Below are positions 25,939 to 34,288 of a stretch of 64,000 nt of DNA, in pieces (position 1 is the stretch's first letter; each line of letters opens with the position of its first letter). Made by a program: the position numbers and the translations under genes. The notes below the pieces were generated by a model, which was not told the origin of the DNA, searched no databases, and saw only the letters and a list, made by a program, of their open reading frames with translations. This DNA comes from a virus, in IMG/VR virus record IMGVR_UViG_3300049846_000568, positions 1 through 64,000 of that record; one strand, given 5' to 3'.

Positions 25939-26200
25939 CCCCGGTGATGTCGTCGGCCAGGCCGTCGTCAACGTGCGGACGTGCGAGCAAAGCAACCCGC
26001 CATGCATGGACGACTACCCCGAGAACGTGTGGCTTTGCCCCGGTTGTCAGGGGGACGGCACCTACAACGCCGAACAGGTGGAAAGAGTGGAACCAAAAGA
26101 CAGTCCTTTTGTGGTCGTCGGACGAGACAACCCAGAAGGGCCGTCGCTTGTTGCTCGTACGGACGGCTACTACCCAGTGGGGGATAAGGAAGATGAGTGA
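25931..26200 (+). CDS. hypothetical Cys protein
   Basis: coupled ORF; GC drops in the 3' half. Confidence 0.5.
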   Translation: MPDPGDVVGQAVVNVRTCEQSNPPCMDDYPENVWLCPGCQGDGTYNAEQVERVEPKDSPFVVVGRDNPEGPSLVARTDGYYPVGDKEDE

Positions 26201-26321
26201 GCGCAAGAAGCCGAAGACAATTGCTGTTATTGGAATTGGTTTCGCCAAGAAGAAGACCCCAAAGGCTAAGGCAAAGAGTGACAAGTAGTTCGTCTCTTAA
26301 GCCGATCAGTCAAGGTAATAC

Positions 26322-26495
26322 ATGGTTCTAAAGAAACACGCTCGACCATCTGATGCTTCTATCAATCAGACGCTTACTAAGTATCAAGCAAAGATAGATG
26401 AGTTGATGGCAGAATTGAAGCGCAAGGATGAAACCATCATCGAGCTCCAAGCCGAGATCTCCTATCTCAAATCCGCTATGAGAAGCGGATACTAA
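26322..26495 (+). CDS. small coiled-coil protein (57 aa)
   Basis: MVLKKHARP..KIDELMAELKRKDETIIELQAEISYLK; AAGG SD. Confidence 0.55.
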   Translation: MVLKKHARPSDASINQTLTKYQAKIDELMAELKRKDETIIELQAEISYLKSAMRSGY

Positions 26496-26498
26496 TCT

Positions 26499-26573
26499 GG
26501 TCCGTTAGTTCAGCCTGGTCTAGAACACTGGCTTGTCACGCCAGCGACACGGGTTCAAATCCCGTACGGACCG
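26499..26573 (+). tRNA. tRNA-Asp(GTC)
   Basis: CTGGC-TT-GTC-AC-GCCAG. Confidence 0.95.
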
Positions 26574-26575
26574 CT

Positions 26576-26629
26576 AGTGAGAGAATTCCCTGGGGCAGTT
26601 AACTCCAGAGGCTGCAGCTCTCACTGCCA
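26576..26629 (+). ncRNA. minihelix-like hairpin RNA ending in G-CCA
   Basis: AGTGAGAG/CTCTCACT stem followed by GCCA, abutting tRNA-Glu. Confidence 0.45.
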
Positions 26630-26705
26630 GCCCCGTTGGTCTAGTTTGGTTTAGGACGTCTGCCTCTCACGCAGAAGATCGCCGGTTCAAATCCGGCACG
26701 GGGTG
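26630..26705 (+). tRNA. tRNA-Glu(CTC)
   Basis: TCTGC-CT-CTC-AC-GCAGA. Confidence 0.95.
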
Positions 26706-26707
26706 CT

Positions 26708-27007
26708 ATGGCTAAGATAGCATCAATCGTCCCAGAAGTTGGTGACGTCATCTACGAATCGTATATGGCGGGTATTCCTCTCCTGGTTGTCGAGGTTAAA
26801 GAGCGTTCGTACGTTTGCAAAACCGTCAATGGTGACACAAAGATTTTGAGTAGGTACTGGACTTCTCGCGGCCCGCTTGGGTCGAGCGAACATGAAGTAA
26901 AGTACTCTTCTTACGTTGACCTTTGTGAGCAGAACGAGCGCAAAGCCAATAACATGCGAGAAAAGCTGAACAAGCTGCTCGCTATAGAAATCTCCACGCC
27001 CTCTTAG
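26708..27007 (+). CDS. hypothetical protein between tRNAs
   Basis: starts 2 nt after tRNA-Glu, stop inside tRNA-Arg. Confidence 0.6.
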   Translation: MAKIASIVPEVGDVIYESYMAGIPLLVVEVKERSYVCKTVNGDTKILSRYWTSRGPLGSSEHEVKYSSYVDLCEQNERKANNMREKLNKLLAIEISTPS

Positions 27008-27071
27008 CTTAATTGGATGAAGCACCTGACTACGGATCAGGAGATTACAGGTTCGAGTCCTGTAGAGGGTG
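26998..27071 (+). tRNA. tRNA-Arg(ACG)
   Basis: CCTGA-CT-ACG-GA-TCAGG. Confidence 0.95.
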
Positions 27072-27092
27072 CAACGAGTAAGAAGTAAAGCC

Positions 27093-27842
27093 ATGAAGAT
27101 CCTAGTATGTGGAGACTGGCACGGAAACACAGTCTTTGTAGAGAACATATTTAACGCCATCGCCCGGGAGGGGTGGGAGGTTGACGTCATCGTACAGGTG
27201 GGCGACTTTGGATTTTGGGAACATAGGGATGAAGGCGTTCACTTTCTCGACTCACTGAGTACCTTCTCCCAGGAATCTGGGATCCCCATCTATTGGGTTG
27301 ACGGCAACCACGAGAACTTTGAAATCTTGTACGACCAGTATCTCAAGGGTCGTTACGATGAGTTCATTGAAATCCGCCCCAGCATCTACTACATCCCAAG
27401 AGGCAAGACCTGGGAGTGGGATGGGGTGAAGTTCATGGGGTTTGGTGGAGCTTACTCCATCGACAAGAATCATCGTACCCCCTATATCTCCTGGTGGCCA
27501 CAAGAAATGGCATCAGACGAAGAGATAGAGCGGGTGAGAAGCAAAAACGAGCAGGTTGATGTTCTCTTCAGCCACGATGTTCCTCAGGGCGTGGACGTTC
27601 TAACAGCCTCTGGTGGTTTTTTGCTACCCATCGCTTCCGCTGAACATTCACGGTACCTGATTCGTCAAGTCGCAGAAGTTGCACGGCCAAAACTCATTGT
27701 CCACGGTCATTACCATTTCAGATATGGGATGTTGTGGGGGGCGCCCTGGGGCGAAGTGAGTGTCATAGGTTTGACCTGTGATGGACGGCAGTTTCGTGCT
27801 GCTACCTATATGCTTGATACTAACGAACTTCTTCCTAGCTAG
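27093..27842 (+). CDS. calcineurin-like metallophosphoesterase
   Basis: GDWHG, GDFG, GNHE, SHD, HGHYH. Confidence 0.92.
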   Translation: MKILVCGDWHGNTVFVENIFNAIAREGWEVDVIVQVGDFGFWEHRDEGVHFLDSLSTFSQESGIPIYWVDGNHENFEILYDQYLKGRYDEFIEIRPSIYYIPRGKTWEWDGVKFMGFGGAYSIDKNHRTPYISWWPQEMASDEEIERVRSKNEQVDVLFSHDVPQGVDVLTASGGFLLPIASAEHSRYLIRQVAEVARPKLIVHGHYHFRYGMLWGAPWGEVSVIGLTCDGRQFRAATYMLDTNELLPS

Positions 27843-27855
27843 ACAAAGAGCAGAC

Positions 27856-28443
27856 ATGATTGCACTGAGCAAAAAGGCCAAGTTTCCTAATAACGCAAAC
27901 ACCGACAACGTTGCCGAGTGTCTTGATGGTCTGTTCGATAGCCTAGACAAGTTCTTCTTTGACCACGAGGTAGATTACCGCTACATTGATCGTCGCGATT
28001 TCGAAGATATACTCGAACGATGCCTTACGGACGACGAGTGGGAAGGCATAAAGCACCAAATCCGTGAGCCCCTCGCACACTTTAGTGAGGCTATCGACAA
28101 TGCCATGGTGGATATCTTGGTCTCTAATGGGCTTTTAGATCCAGAATCTGTCAATGTGGGGTTGGAGCATACGAGCGTGGCGCAACCATCTACATCAACA
28201 TCAGAGACAAGCTGGCATTATTCTCCGGAAGAGGTCTGGGGCACCGGTACCGGCTTTCAGCCCTCGACCGCGTCGACAGGGTCTTGGGGGATCACAAACC
28301 ATTCATCGCCCATGCTTCCAACCACTGTCATGAATTCGGTTCAGCAGCTCGTAGACGACATTTCAAACGTGGTAGTGGGCGGAACCTCCGTTCCACCGCC
28401 CGAGGAGCAAGAAGATCCCGTAGAAGGACCAAGTGATGAGTAA
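27856..28443 (+). CDS. hypothetical protein, low-complexity C-terminus
   Basis: ORF. Confidence 0.6.
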   Translation: MIALSKKAKFPNNANTDNVAECLDGLFDSLDKFFFDHEVDYRYIDRRDFEDILERCLTDDEWEGIKHQIREPLAHFSEAIDNAMVDILVSNGLLDPESVNVGLEHTSVAQPSTSTSETSWHYSPEEVWGTGTGFQPSTASTGSWGITNHSSPMLPTTVMNSVQQLVDDISNVVVGGTSVPPPEEQEDPVEGPSDE

Positions 28444-28657
28444 ACCAATTATCCCTGCTCCAGGTAGTAGAATCCGTCTCATCGAGATGAAAGACGTTTC
28501 CCCCGTGGAGCCCGGTAGTACGGGTACCGTAACCGATTACTCCCACGAAGATCAGGATCATGGTGTTGTGTTTGTGGGCGTCGAGTGGGACAACGGACGC
28601 AGCTTACAACTTGTAGTTGGCTTGGATGAGTGGGAATTCATTAAGAATGAAGGCTAG
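28433..28657 (+). CDS. DUF4314-like protein
   Basis: GSRIRLIEMKD..PGSTGTV..VEWDNGRSL. Confidence 0.7.
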   Translation: MMSKPIIPAPGSRIRLIEMKDVSPVEPGSTGTVTDYSHEDQDHGVVFVGVEWDNGRSLQLVVGLDEWEFIKNEG

Positions 28658-28856
28658 GAAAGTCTACACCAACTCTGAGCTTGAAGACCTAATCGAGAAG
28701 TGGCATACCAGTCACGACGTGGCGTGTAGTCTGTATAGTTACCTTGGTTGGACTCGTGAAGAGTATGAGAATTGGCTGGAAACCAACAGGCAGCCGGGTG
28801 AACTAACTCTTCGTGACAAGTTGAAACTTCATAGAAAGCGCTTGGTTAAAAGGTGA
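28647..28856 (+). CDS. hypothetical protein
   Basis: KWH..LYSYLGWTREEYENW. Confidence 0.6.
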   Translation: MKARKVYTNSELEDLIEKWHTSHDVACSLYSYLGWTREEYENWLETNRQPGELTLRDKLKLHRKRLVKR

Positions 28857-29146
28857 TCAGACCCGGAATCAAACCAGATCCGCGCATGAAGATTCTCACA
28901 GAAAGACCTTCGAGGTACCAGGCGGAGAACACACTACTGGCTGAATACATGGCTGGCCGTGCAATCTACTTTTGCATGCCTGCGTCGTATCCAGAAGAAG
29001 TGCTTGGGCGCGAATTTGCCCTTGAAGAGTGGGACGAAATCATCGAGTCTGGCATTCTCGTGCAGATTTCTGATGATAACGACATCTGGTCTTTGATCAA
29101 TGCGACGCTGCGCGAAAAGCTCTCAAGCATAGGTATAGCGCCTTAA
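28853..29146 (+). CDS. hypothetical protein
   Basis: GTGA overlap. Confidence 0.6.
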   Translation: MIRPGIKPDPRMKILTERPSRYQAENTLLAEYMAGRAIYFCMPASYPEEVLGREFALEEWDEIIESGILVQISDDNDIWSLINATLREKLSSIGIAP

Positions 29147-29150
29147 ACCA

Positions 29151-29237
29151 GGAAGGTTGGCAGAGTCAGGCTTAATGCACCTCCCTGCTAAGGAGGAGTG
29201 GGTAACACCACCACAGGTTCGAATCCTGTACCTTCCG
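29151..29237 (+). tRNA. tRNA-Ser(GCT)
   Basis: CCTCC-CT-GCT-AA-GGAGG, long variable arm. Confidence 0.95.
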
Positions 29238-29310
29238 CTATGGACAATGAACCCTCCAGGTCTCAGAGACATCAAACAACTTTTCCCATCGTGTACACTC
29301 TTGGTCTTCA

Positions 29311-29532
29311 ATGATAAGTTTGAATCGTAAGTCTAAAATCTCCCAAGATGCTCCGTTCGTAATCATGTACACGGTTAGCAATGATGAAAATGGTGAGGGT
29401 CCTTTTGGGTTGTACCAAGACTATGACATAGCTCTTGAACAGGCGTACGACTACGGATTTAAATATGTCTTTAGTCAGCGTTACTATCCTGATGGTGGAT
29501 CCACTCGTCTTGAACGTAGCATTGACTACTAA
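29311..29532 (+). CDS. hypothetical protein
   Basis: ORF. Confidence 0.55.
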   Translation: MISLNRKSKISQDAPFVIMYTVSNDENGEGPFGLYQDYDIALEQAYDYGFKYVFSQRYYPDGGSTRLERSIDY

Positions 29533-29563
29533 GAGGACGAATACAACGAAGACATATAGTCAC

Positions 29564-29651
29564 GGAGGGTTGGCAGAGCGGCCGATTGCACTAGTCTTGA
29601 AAACTAGAGGGTGTCACAGCCCCGTGGGTTCAAATCCCACACCCTCCTCCA
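29564..29651 (+). tRNA. tRNA-Ser(TGA), CCA encoded
   Basis: CTAGT-CT-TGA-AA-ACTAG, long variable arm. Confidence 0.95.
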
Positions 29652-29660
29652 AGGAAATAG

Positions 29661-29957
29661 ATGTTCAACACAGAGTTCTTCACTGGCTTCAAGCCTAACG
29701 AGATACGCACCATTCATAAAGCACTCGTTAATCTCAAAAAGTACTGCTATGCAACGTCTCAAGAGATTAACGAGGATCCGGATCTCGCTAATGTCGACTT
29801 CGACTTCCCAGATTACGGTGGTTTACCAGAGAAGATTTCTGGCAAATTAACTACCGATCAGGTGGATGCAATTCAAGATCTTATTCAATGGGTTGATCCT
29901 GAAAAGGTTACGCTTGAGATGACAGCATATGCGCTAGCTAGTGGGTGGACTTCCTGA
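29661..29957 (+). CDS. hypothetical protein
   Basis: AAGGA SD. Confidence 0.6.
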   Translation: MFNTEFFTGFKPNEIRTIHKALVNLKKYCYATSQEINEDPDLANVDFDFPDYGGLPEKISGKLTTDQVDAIQDLIQWVDPEKVTLEMTAYALASGWTS

Positions 29958-30337
29958 TGTATGATTACACTGGACGTGTCATCCGAGTTGTCGACGGCGA
30001 CACCCTTGACGTAGAGATCGACTTAGGCTTCCACGTCTCTGTAAGGGAGCGGGTTCGTCTAGCTGGCATCAACTGCCCAGAAATCAACACGGACGAGGGC
30101 AAAGCTGCTGCCGAATATGTTAAGGCCTGGGTGTCTGGACTAGATGTTGTGGAGATCAGTACTATAAAGACACCCAAAGGTGACCGTCAGGAGAAGTACG
30201 GACGATACCTGGCCGTCATCATGAAGGGTGACGCTGCTAAACCTTCTGGTTTTAGCTGCCTCAACCAAGACCTTATCAAAGAGAATCACGCAAGCTTTTA
30301 CGGCAAGGTGGACATCGATAAGGTCGTAAACCCATAG
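29957..30337 (+). CDS. thermonuclease (SNase) family nuclease
   Basis: VVDGDT, RVRLAGINCPE, EKYGRYLA. Confidence 0.92.
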   Translation: MYDYTGRVIRVVDGDTLDVEIDLGFHVSVRERVRLAGINCPEINTDEGKAAAEYVKAWVSGLDVVEISTIKTPKGDRQEKYGRYLAVIMKGDAAKPSGFSCLNQDLIKENHASFYGKVDIDKVVNP

Positions 30338-30422
30338 AAGGTTGCTAGAGCGGACGAATAGGCTACCCTGGAAAGGTAGTGTGGCTTCACGGTCACCGTG
30401 GGTTCGAATCCCACACCTTCTG
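30336..30422 (+). tRNA. tRNA-Ser(GGA)
   Basis: CTACC-CT-GGA-AA-GGTAG, long variable arm. Confidence 0.93.
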
Positions 30423-30438
30423 CTGATACAATAAGACT

Positions 30439-31020
30439 ATGATTTACTTTACTTCAGACCTTCACTTTGGTCACGCAAACATTATCAAGTACTGCGACAG
30501 GCCATTCGATAACACCGATGAAATGGCCAAGGCTCTTATCGGAAACTGGAACTCTGTGGTTGACCACGAAGATACGGTTTTTGTGTTGGGCGACTTTGCA
30601 ATGGGGGATCGCGAAGCGAATGTCCCTCTTGCCCGCCACCTAAACGGTAAGAAGATTCTTGTTGCAGGCAACCACGACCACTGCTGGCGTGGGTTAGTAC
30701 CCAAGAAGGGACAGGACTTTGTGGACTGGTGGCGCCAGTTCTTCCTTGACAACGGTTTTACCGCCGTCTTGGACCATGTAGACCTGTACTTCGGGGAGCA
30801 TGATCTGAAGCTCACGCTAAACCATTTCCCTTTTACTGGAGACTCCTACGACGAAGACCGGTACAAGCGGTGGCGTCCAGTAGACGACGGACAATGGGTT
30901 ATCCACGGACACATCCATGACCTCTGGCGCGTAAACGGGCGGATGATCAACGTTGGTTGTGATGTGTGGGACTTTACCCCGGTTCCTATGGAGACGATCC
31001 TAGAACTGATTGAGAGGTAG
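30439..31020 (+). CDS. metallophosphoesterase (phage type)
   Basis: SDLHFGH, GDF, GNHD, HGHIH, INVGCD; TGn-TACAAT 6 nt before ATG. Confidence 0.92.
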   Translation: MIYFTSDLHFGHANIIKYCDRPFDNTDEMAKALIGNWNSVVDHEDTVFVLGDFAMGDREANVPLARHLNGKKILVAGNHDHCWRGLVPKKGQDFVDWWRQFFLDNGFTAVLDHVDLYFGEHDLKLTLNHFPFTGDSYDEDRYKRWRPVDDGQWVIHGHIHDLWRVNGRMINVGCDVWDFTPVPMETILELIER

Positions 31021-31083
31021 TTCAGTTGGCAGAACGCCAGGCTCTGGTCCTGGATGTCGGGGGTTCGAACCCTCCCCTCTCAG
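31011..31083 (+). tRNA. tRNA-Gln(CTG)
   Basis: CCAGG-CT-CTG-GT-CCTGG. Confidence 0.93.
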
Positions 31084-31086
31084 CTC

Positions 31087-31281
31087 ATGAAGAAAAGACC
31101 AAATAGACGCAGGCGCATCTGCAATGGTCGCAAATGCGAACTAGAGTATTCTTTTGAGTACGACTCTTACTATTGCACAAAGCATGATACCTGGATTGAG
31201 GATAGATGTGATGATCCAGAGTGCGTATTTTGTGCAGACCGCCCTGATAATCCCGGAGTAGTAAATGATCAGGCCGACTAA
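31087..31281 (+). CDS. Cys-rich small protein
   Basis: YDSYYC..WIEDRCDDPECVFCADRP. Confidence 0.65.
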   Translation: MKKRPNRRRRICNGRKCELEYSFEYDSYYCTKHDTWIEDRCDDPECVFCADRPDNPGVVNDQAD

Positions 31282-31582
31282 GTCCCATAATGAAGGTTCT
31301 ATTGAGTTTTCAGATGACGTGATCTCCTACGCTTATGCCAGGGATCTACTATGTGAGTCATCCTACGATGGGTGGACGTGTTCACTCCATAAGGGACACA
31401 AGGGCGATCATGAGGGTTGGCCTTCTCATCTCGTAAATAGGAGCAGAAAGCCCGGGAGGAAATGGAAAAAGGTGACGGTCCGAAAGTCGACAAGCGCCAG
31501 CAGATTTGTTTACGTTCCGCGACTTTCTACTAGCAGTGTAACGCTTGGCAGTGCGACCACTACGTGGACTGATCCACAATAA
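31265..31582 (+). CDS. hypothetical protein (C..C..H..H)
   Basis: CSLHKGHKGDH. Confidence 0.55.
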   Translation: MIRPTKSHNEGSIEFSDDVISYAYARDLLCESSYDGWTCSLHKGHKGDHEGWPSHLVNRSRKPGRKWKKVTVRKSTSASRFVYVPRLSTSSVTLGSATTTWTDPQ

Positions 31583-31589
31583 TTACCTT

Positions 31590-31663
31590 ACTGGTGTAGC
31601 TCAGCCGGTTAGAGCGCTACTCTGATAAAGTAGAGGTCACAGGTTCGAGTCCTGTCACCAGTA
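31590..31663 (+). tRNA. tRNA-Ile(GAT)
   Basis: CTACT-CT-GAT-AA-AGTAG. Confidence 0.95.
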
Positions 31664-31677
31664 CCGCAATACAACAA

Positions 31678-31751
31678 GGTTCTGTAGCTCAGTTCGGAAG
31701 AGCGGCCGGCTGAAAACCGGTAGGTCGGTGGTTCGAATCCACCCGGAACCA
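31678..31751 (+). tRNA. tRNA-Phe(GAA)
   Basis: GCCGG-CT-GAA-AA-CCGGT. Confidence 0.95.
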
Positions 31752-31756
31752 CTCAA

Positions 31757-31894
31757 GCCCGCCCAGGAAAACGCTTTGCGTTGGGATAGCCAGATGGGTG
31801 TCATAGGCTGCCAAATACCAACTATGACAGGCCGGTAGGAAATGGTTTGGCTAAGCTCATCAATTGGCGAGAAGTTCGATTCTTCTCACGGGTA
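31757..31894 (+). ncRNA. 138-nt tRNA-like structured RNA
   Basis: GCCCG/CGGGT-A terminal stem, AGAAG-TTCGATT-CTTCT T-arm, large pseudoknotted insert. Confidence 0.65.
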
Positions 31895-31896
31895 CT

Positions 31897-31970
31897 GTGG
31901 CCGTAGCTTAGATGGTTAAAGCGTCGGGATGTGGCCCCGAAGATCGTGGGTTCGAGTCCCACCGGTCACC
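31897..31970 (+). tRNA. tRNA-His(GTG)
   Basis: TCGGG-AT-GTG-GC-CCCGA, C73. Confidence 0.93.
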
Positions 31971-31982
31971 CTTGGAGGTGCA

Positions 31983-32228
31983 ATGAAGTTCGAATACGAT
32001 AATGAAGCATTGGCTGTATTGTTGACGGGAGAAGACATCCCCAGTCCACATCAGATGGCCCTGACTAGGGTCATCATCGGGTTACTGGAGAAGAACCCAG
32101 AGTTCATACGGGCAGTGTACGAGCAGTGTATGTGCTCGTCGGGTTTTCTGGATAGATTTACGAAGGTGCTAGAAGATTTTGGCGCCTTTCAGGCCATAAA
32201 CGATGTCGCACTTTACGAGCCGGTATGA
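31983..32228 (+). CDS. hypothetical protein
   Basis: GGAGG SD. Confidence 0.6.
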   Translation: MKFEYDNEALAVLLTGEDIPSPHQMALTRVIIGLLEKNPEFIRAVYEQCMCSSGFLDRFTKVLEDFGAFQAINDVALYEPV

Positions 32229-32491
32229 AGCCAACACCTATAACCGAAATCTTATCTTGGGATAATGACCACTTCAATATGGTCATCTACGGTGCCGAGA
32301 TTGAATGGGTCGTAGAACTTCAGGAAAGAATGATAGAGTTCAGCGAGGCTCTATTCACTCCTGGTTCTATAGAATCCTACCGAAGAGATAGATACGATTT
32401 GCACGATTTGTGTGTGGTTCGTCTTCGCGCCATAAGGAAAGTCCTACATGGCTACCACCCAGATGATGACGTAAAGGCAGTGAGTGCTTAA
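32225..32491 (+). CDS. hypothetical protein
   Basis: ATGA overlap. Confidence 0.6.
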   Translation: MKPTPITEILSWDNDHFNMVIYGAEIEWVVELQERMIEFSEALFTPGSIESYRRDRYDLHDLCVVRLRAIRKVLHGYHPDDDVKAVSA

Positions 32492-32687
32492 GTACACCAT
32501 CGAAGTAGAGCTTGAAGCCGATGATGAGAACATCACCGCCGCTGTTGTTTCGAGCTTCTACATCAAGATGCTTGAAGCCTTAGCCCTGCAAGGGTGTACA
32601 AATCTCACGGCTTCCCTAAATGGCAATGGACTGCCAGACCCAATCGAAATAGAACACAATCCAGTTAATTTCGAGTGGGGAAACTAG
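32484..32687 (+). CDS. hypothetical protein
   Basis: coupled ORF. Confidence 0.55.
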   Translation: MLKYTIEVELEADDENITAAVVSSFYIKMLEALALQGCTNLTASLNGNGLPDPIEIEHNPVNFEWGN

Positions 32688-32719
32688 TACTATGTATGAC
32701 ATGAGCTTTTGGAGGTTTC

Positions 32720-32893
32720 ATGTCAGACAGGTACGACTTCCTTCGTCTTAGGGTAGAAGAATACTTCGACGTAGTGCTTCATGTCTTTGAGGCTAGTAAG
32801 CATGATTTCACGGGCTGCCGCAGATGCTTTCTGCCTGAGCGCCATCCAGTTCACTTAGAGGTACAAGATGGCAGGGCAGGGCGCACGGAATAG
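32720..32893 (+). CDS. small Zn-finger protein
   Basis: GGAGG SD; CRRC..HPVH. Confidence 0.5.
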   Translation: MSDRYDFLRLRVEEYFDVVLHVFEASKHDFTGCRRCFLPERHPVHLEVQDGRAGRTE

Positions 32894-33233
32894 ACGCAAG
32901 ATCCAGCGAGCCAAAGAGCGCGACCAACAGCGTCGTCCTTATGGCAGACAGAATCTTGAGGCCCGGTATGCCCAGGTTGGCGGGAAGCACTTCTACATCT
33001 GGGGAGAAACAGCTACATTCAAGTCTCTTAGAAGGTCCCAACCTTTGGGGCCTTTTTGTTATGTGCGCATGGCTTCTGAGATGGTGTTCGTTAACAAGAC
33101 GCCATTCAGCGAAGAGAGTATTGCTGCTTGGTACGACGAAGACAGGGGGATGTGGATAATTAACCACAGAGACGCTGACCCACGCGGCTACTACGAGGTG
33201 TTGTTTTCAGTTGAGCCACCAAAAACCCAATAG
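32868..33233 (+). CDS. hypothetical protein
   Basis: GAGG SD. Confidence 0.6.
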   Translation: MAGQGARNRRKIQRAKERDQQRRPYGRQNLEARYAQVGGKHFYIWGETATFKSLRRSQPLGPFCYVRMASEMVFVNKTPFSEESIAAWYDEDRGMWIINHRDADPRGYYEVLFSVEPPKTQ

Positions 33234-33777
33234 GGTTTATCTATGGAATAGCAACGTAGATAACCCTACTCCTCCACCAGACCCCAACGCCAACCAGTAC
33301 ACCCCTAAGCCAGAAGAGATTGTGTTTGAGTGCGCCCCTGAGGCCGCAAATCTGGTCACCTCTGAGGTTGCTGGTAAGGCCAAGATTCACGCCCCCGTCA
33401 TCGACTTTGACATCCCCATCATGGCTGTGCCTTCCTCTCAAATGGGGCACTGGCACCTCTACATTGATGGAGAGTGTTCAGATGAAATGCACTTTGAAAT
33501 CCTCGACACCCTCGCAAAAGCAGGATTCGTAGAGGAGGGTTATGCCAAGGCTTCCAGAACCAAGGGTTACAGCGCTGTGCGCCCCCCTGGTGTCAAGAAG
33601 CCTAACGCAGATGAAAGCGTAGCTACTCTCCGCATGGCGCATGCCATGACATTGTCAGAAGTGTTCCTATTAGAATGCAAGCTACAAGACGCGTTGAAGC
33701 GTATAGAAGAGCTTGAAGCAGAGAATCAAAAACTCACCTCGGCACTCGACAGTGCCCAAGCACACTCTTGGACTTAA
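33211..33777 (+). CDS. hypothetical protein with C-terminal coiled coil
   Basis: HAPVIDFD..PSS..GHWHLYID. Confidence 0.65.
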   Translation: MSHQKPNRVYLWNSNVDNPTPPPDPNANQYTPKPEEIVFECAPEAANLVTSEVAGKAKIHAPVIDFDIPIMAVPSSQMGHWHLYIDGECSDEMHFEILDTLAKAGFVEEGYAKASRTKGYSAVRPPGVKKPNADESVATLRMAHAMTLSEVFLLECKLQDALKRIEELEAENQKLTSALDSAQAHSWT

Positions 33778-33780
33778 CCT

Positions 33781-34089
33781 ATGACTACTAAGCGACAGCA
33801 GCGAATGGATAATAAGTACCGGGGACAGCTTCTCTGCGAGAACTGCAACCGTTGGACCTCCGTTCCTATGGACGTATGGCGCGAGGCGCTTAAGAACTAC
33901 CGTGAACGGGGTACCCAGTACATCTGTCTGTGCGATCGCAGAACCTGTAAGATGACCCGTCCAGAAGGCCTTCTGGATAGGCTAAGTCCTCGGCAGAGAG
34001 ACAACATCATCTATGCCACGAATTACAACTCTTCGTCCCAAAAGGATCAAGAGAATCCACGTAAACAAGCACATAATCTCTTCGAATAA
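33781..34089 (+). CDS. Cys-rich hypothetical protein
   Basis: CENC..CLC. Confidence 0.5.
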   Translation: MTTKRQQRMDNKYRGQLLCENCNRWTSVPMDVWREALKNYRERGTQYICLCDRRTCKMTRPEGLLDRLSPRQRDNIIYATNYNSSSQKDQENPRKQAHNLFE

Positions 34090-34288
34090 GAAGAACAACC
34101 AACACGAACCTCCCCTTAGGGTGAAGACTTCCGACGGAAACTATGCCGGACACAGGATAGACATCCTAGATGAGGAGGGTGAGGTCATTGCTTACGTGGT
34201 TTACTCTAAGGGCAATCCCTTGTCTTGCGGGGCGGAGGTGTGGATAGAAACACACAACGAAGTAAGAGTAAGGGAAGAAGATGCCTGA
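34013..34288 (+). CDS. conserved phage hypothetical protein
   Basis: RIHVNKHII..PLSCGAEVWIET. Confidence 0.65.
   Translation: MPRITTLRPKRIKRIHVNKHIISSNKKNNQHEPPLRVKTSDGNYAGHRIDILDEEGEVIAYVVYSKGNPLSCGAEVWIETHNEVRVREEDA

Noticed and set aside
31757-31894. tmRNA
   Set aside because: Only 138 nt, no G3-U70 pair and no evident tag reading frame.
32809-32855. Possible structured RNA
   Set aside because: Explained by a small CxxC..HxxH CDS (32720..32893) with a good SD.
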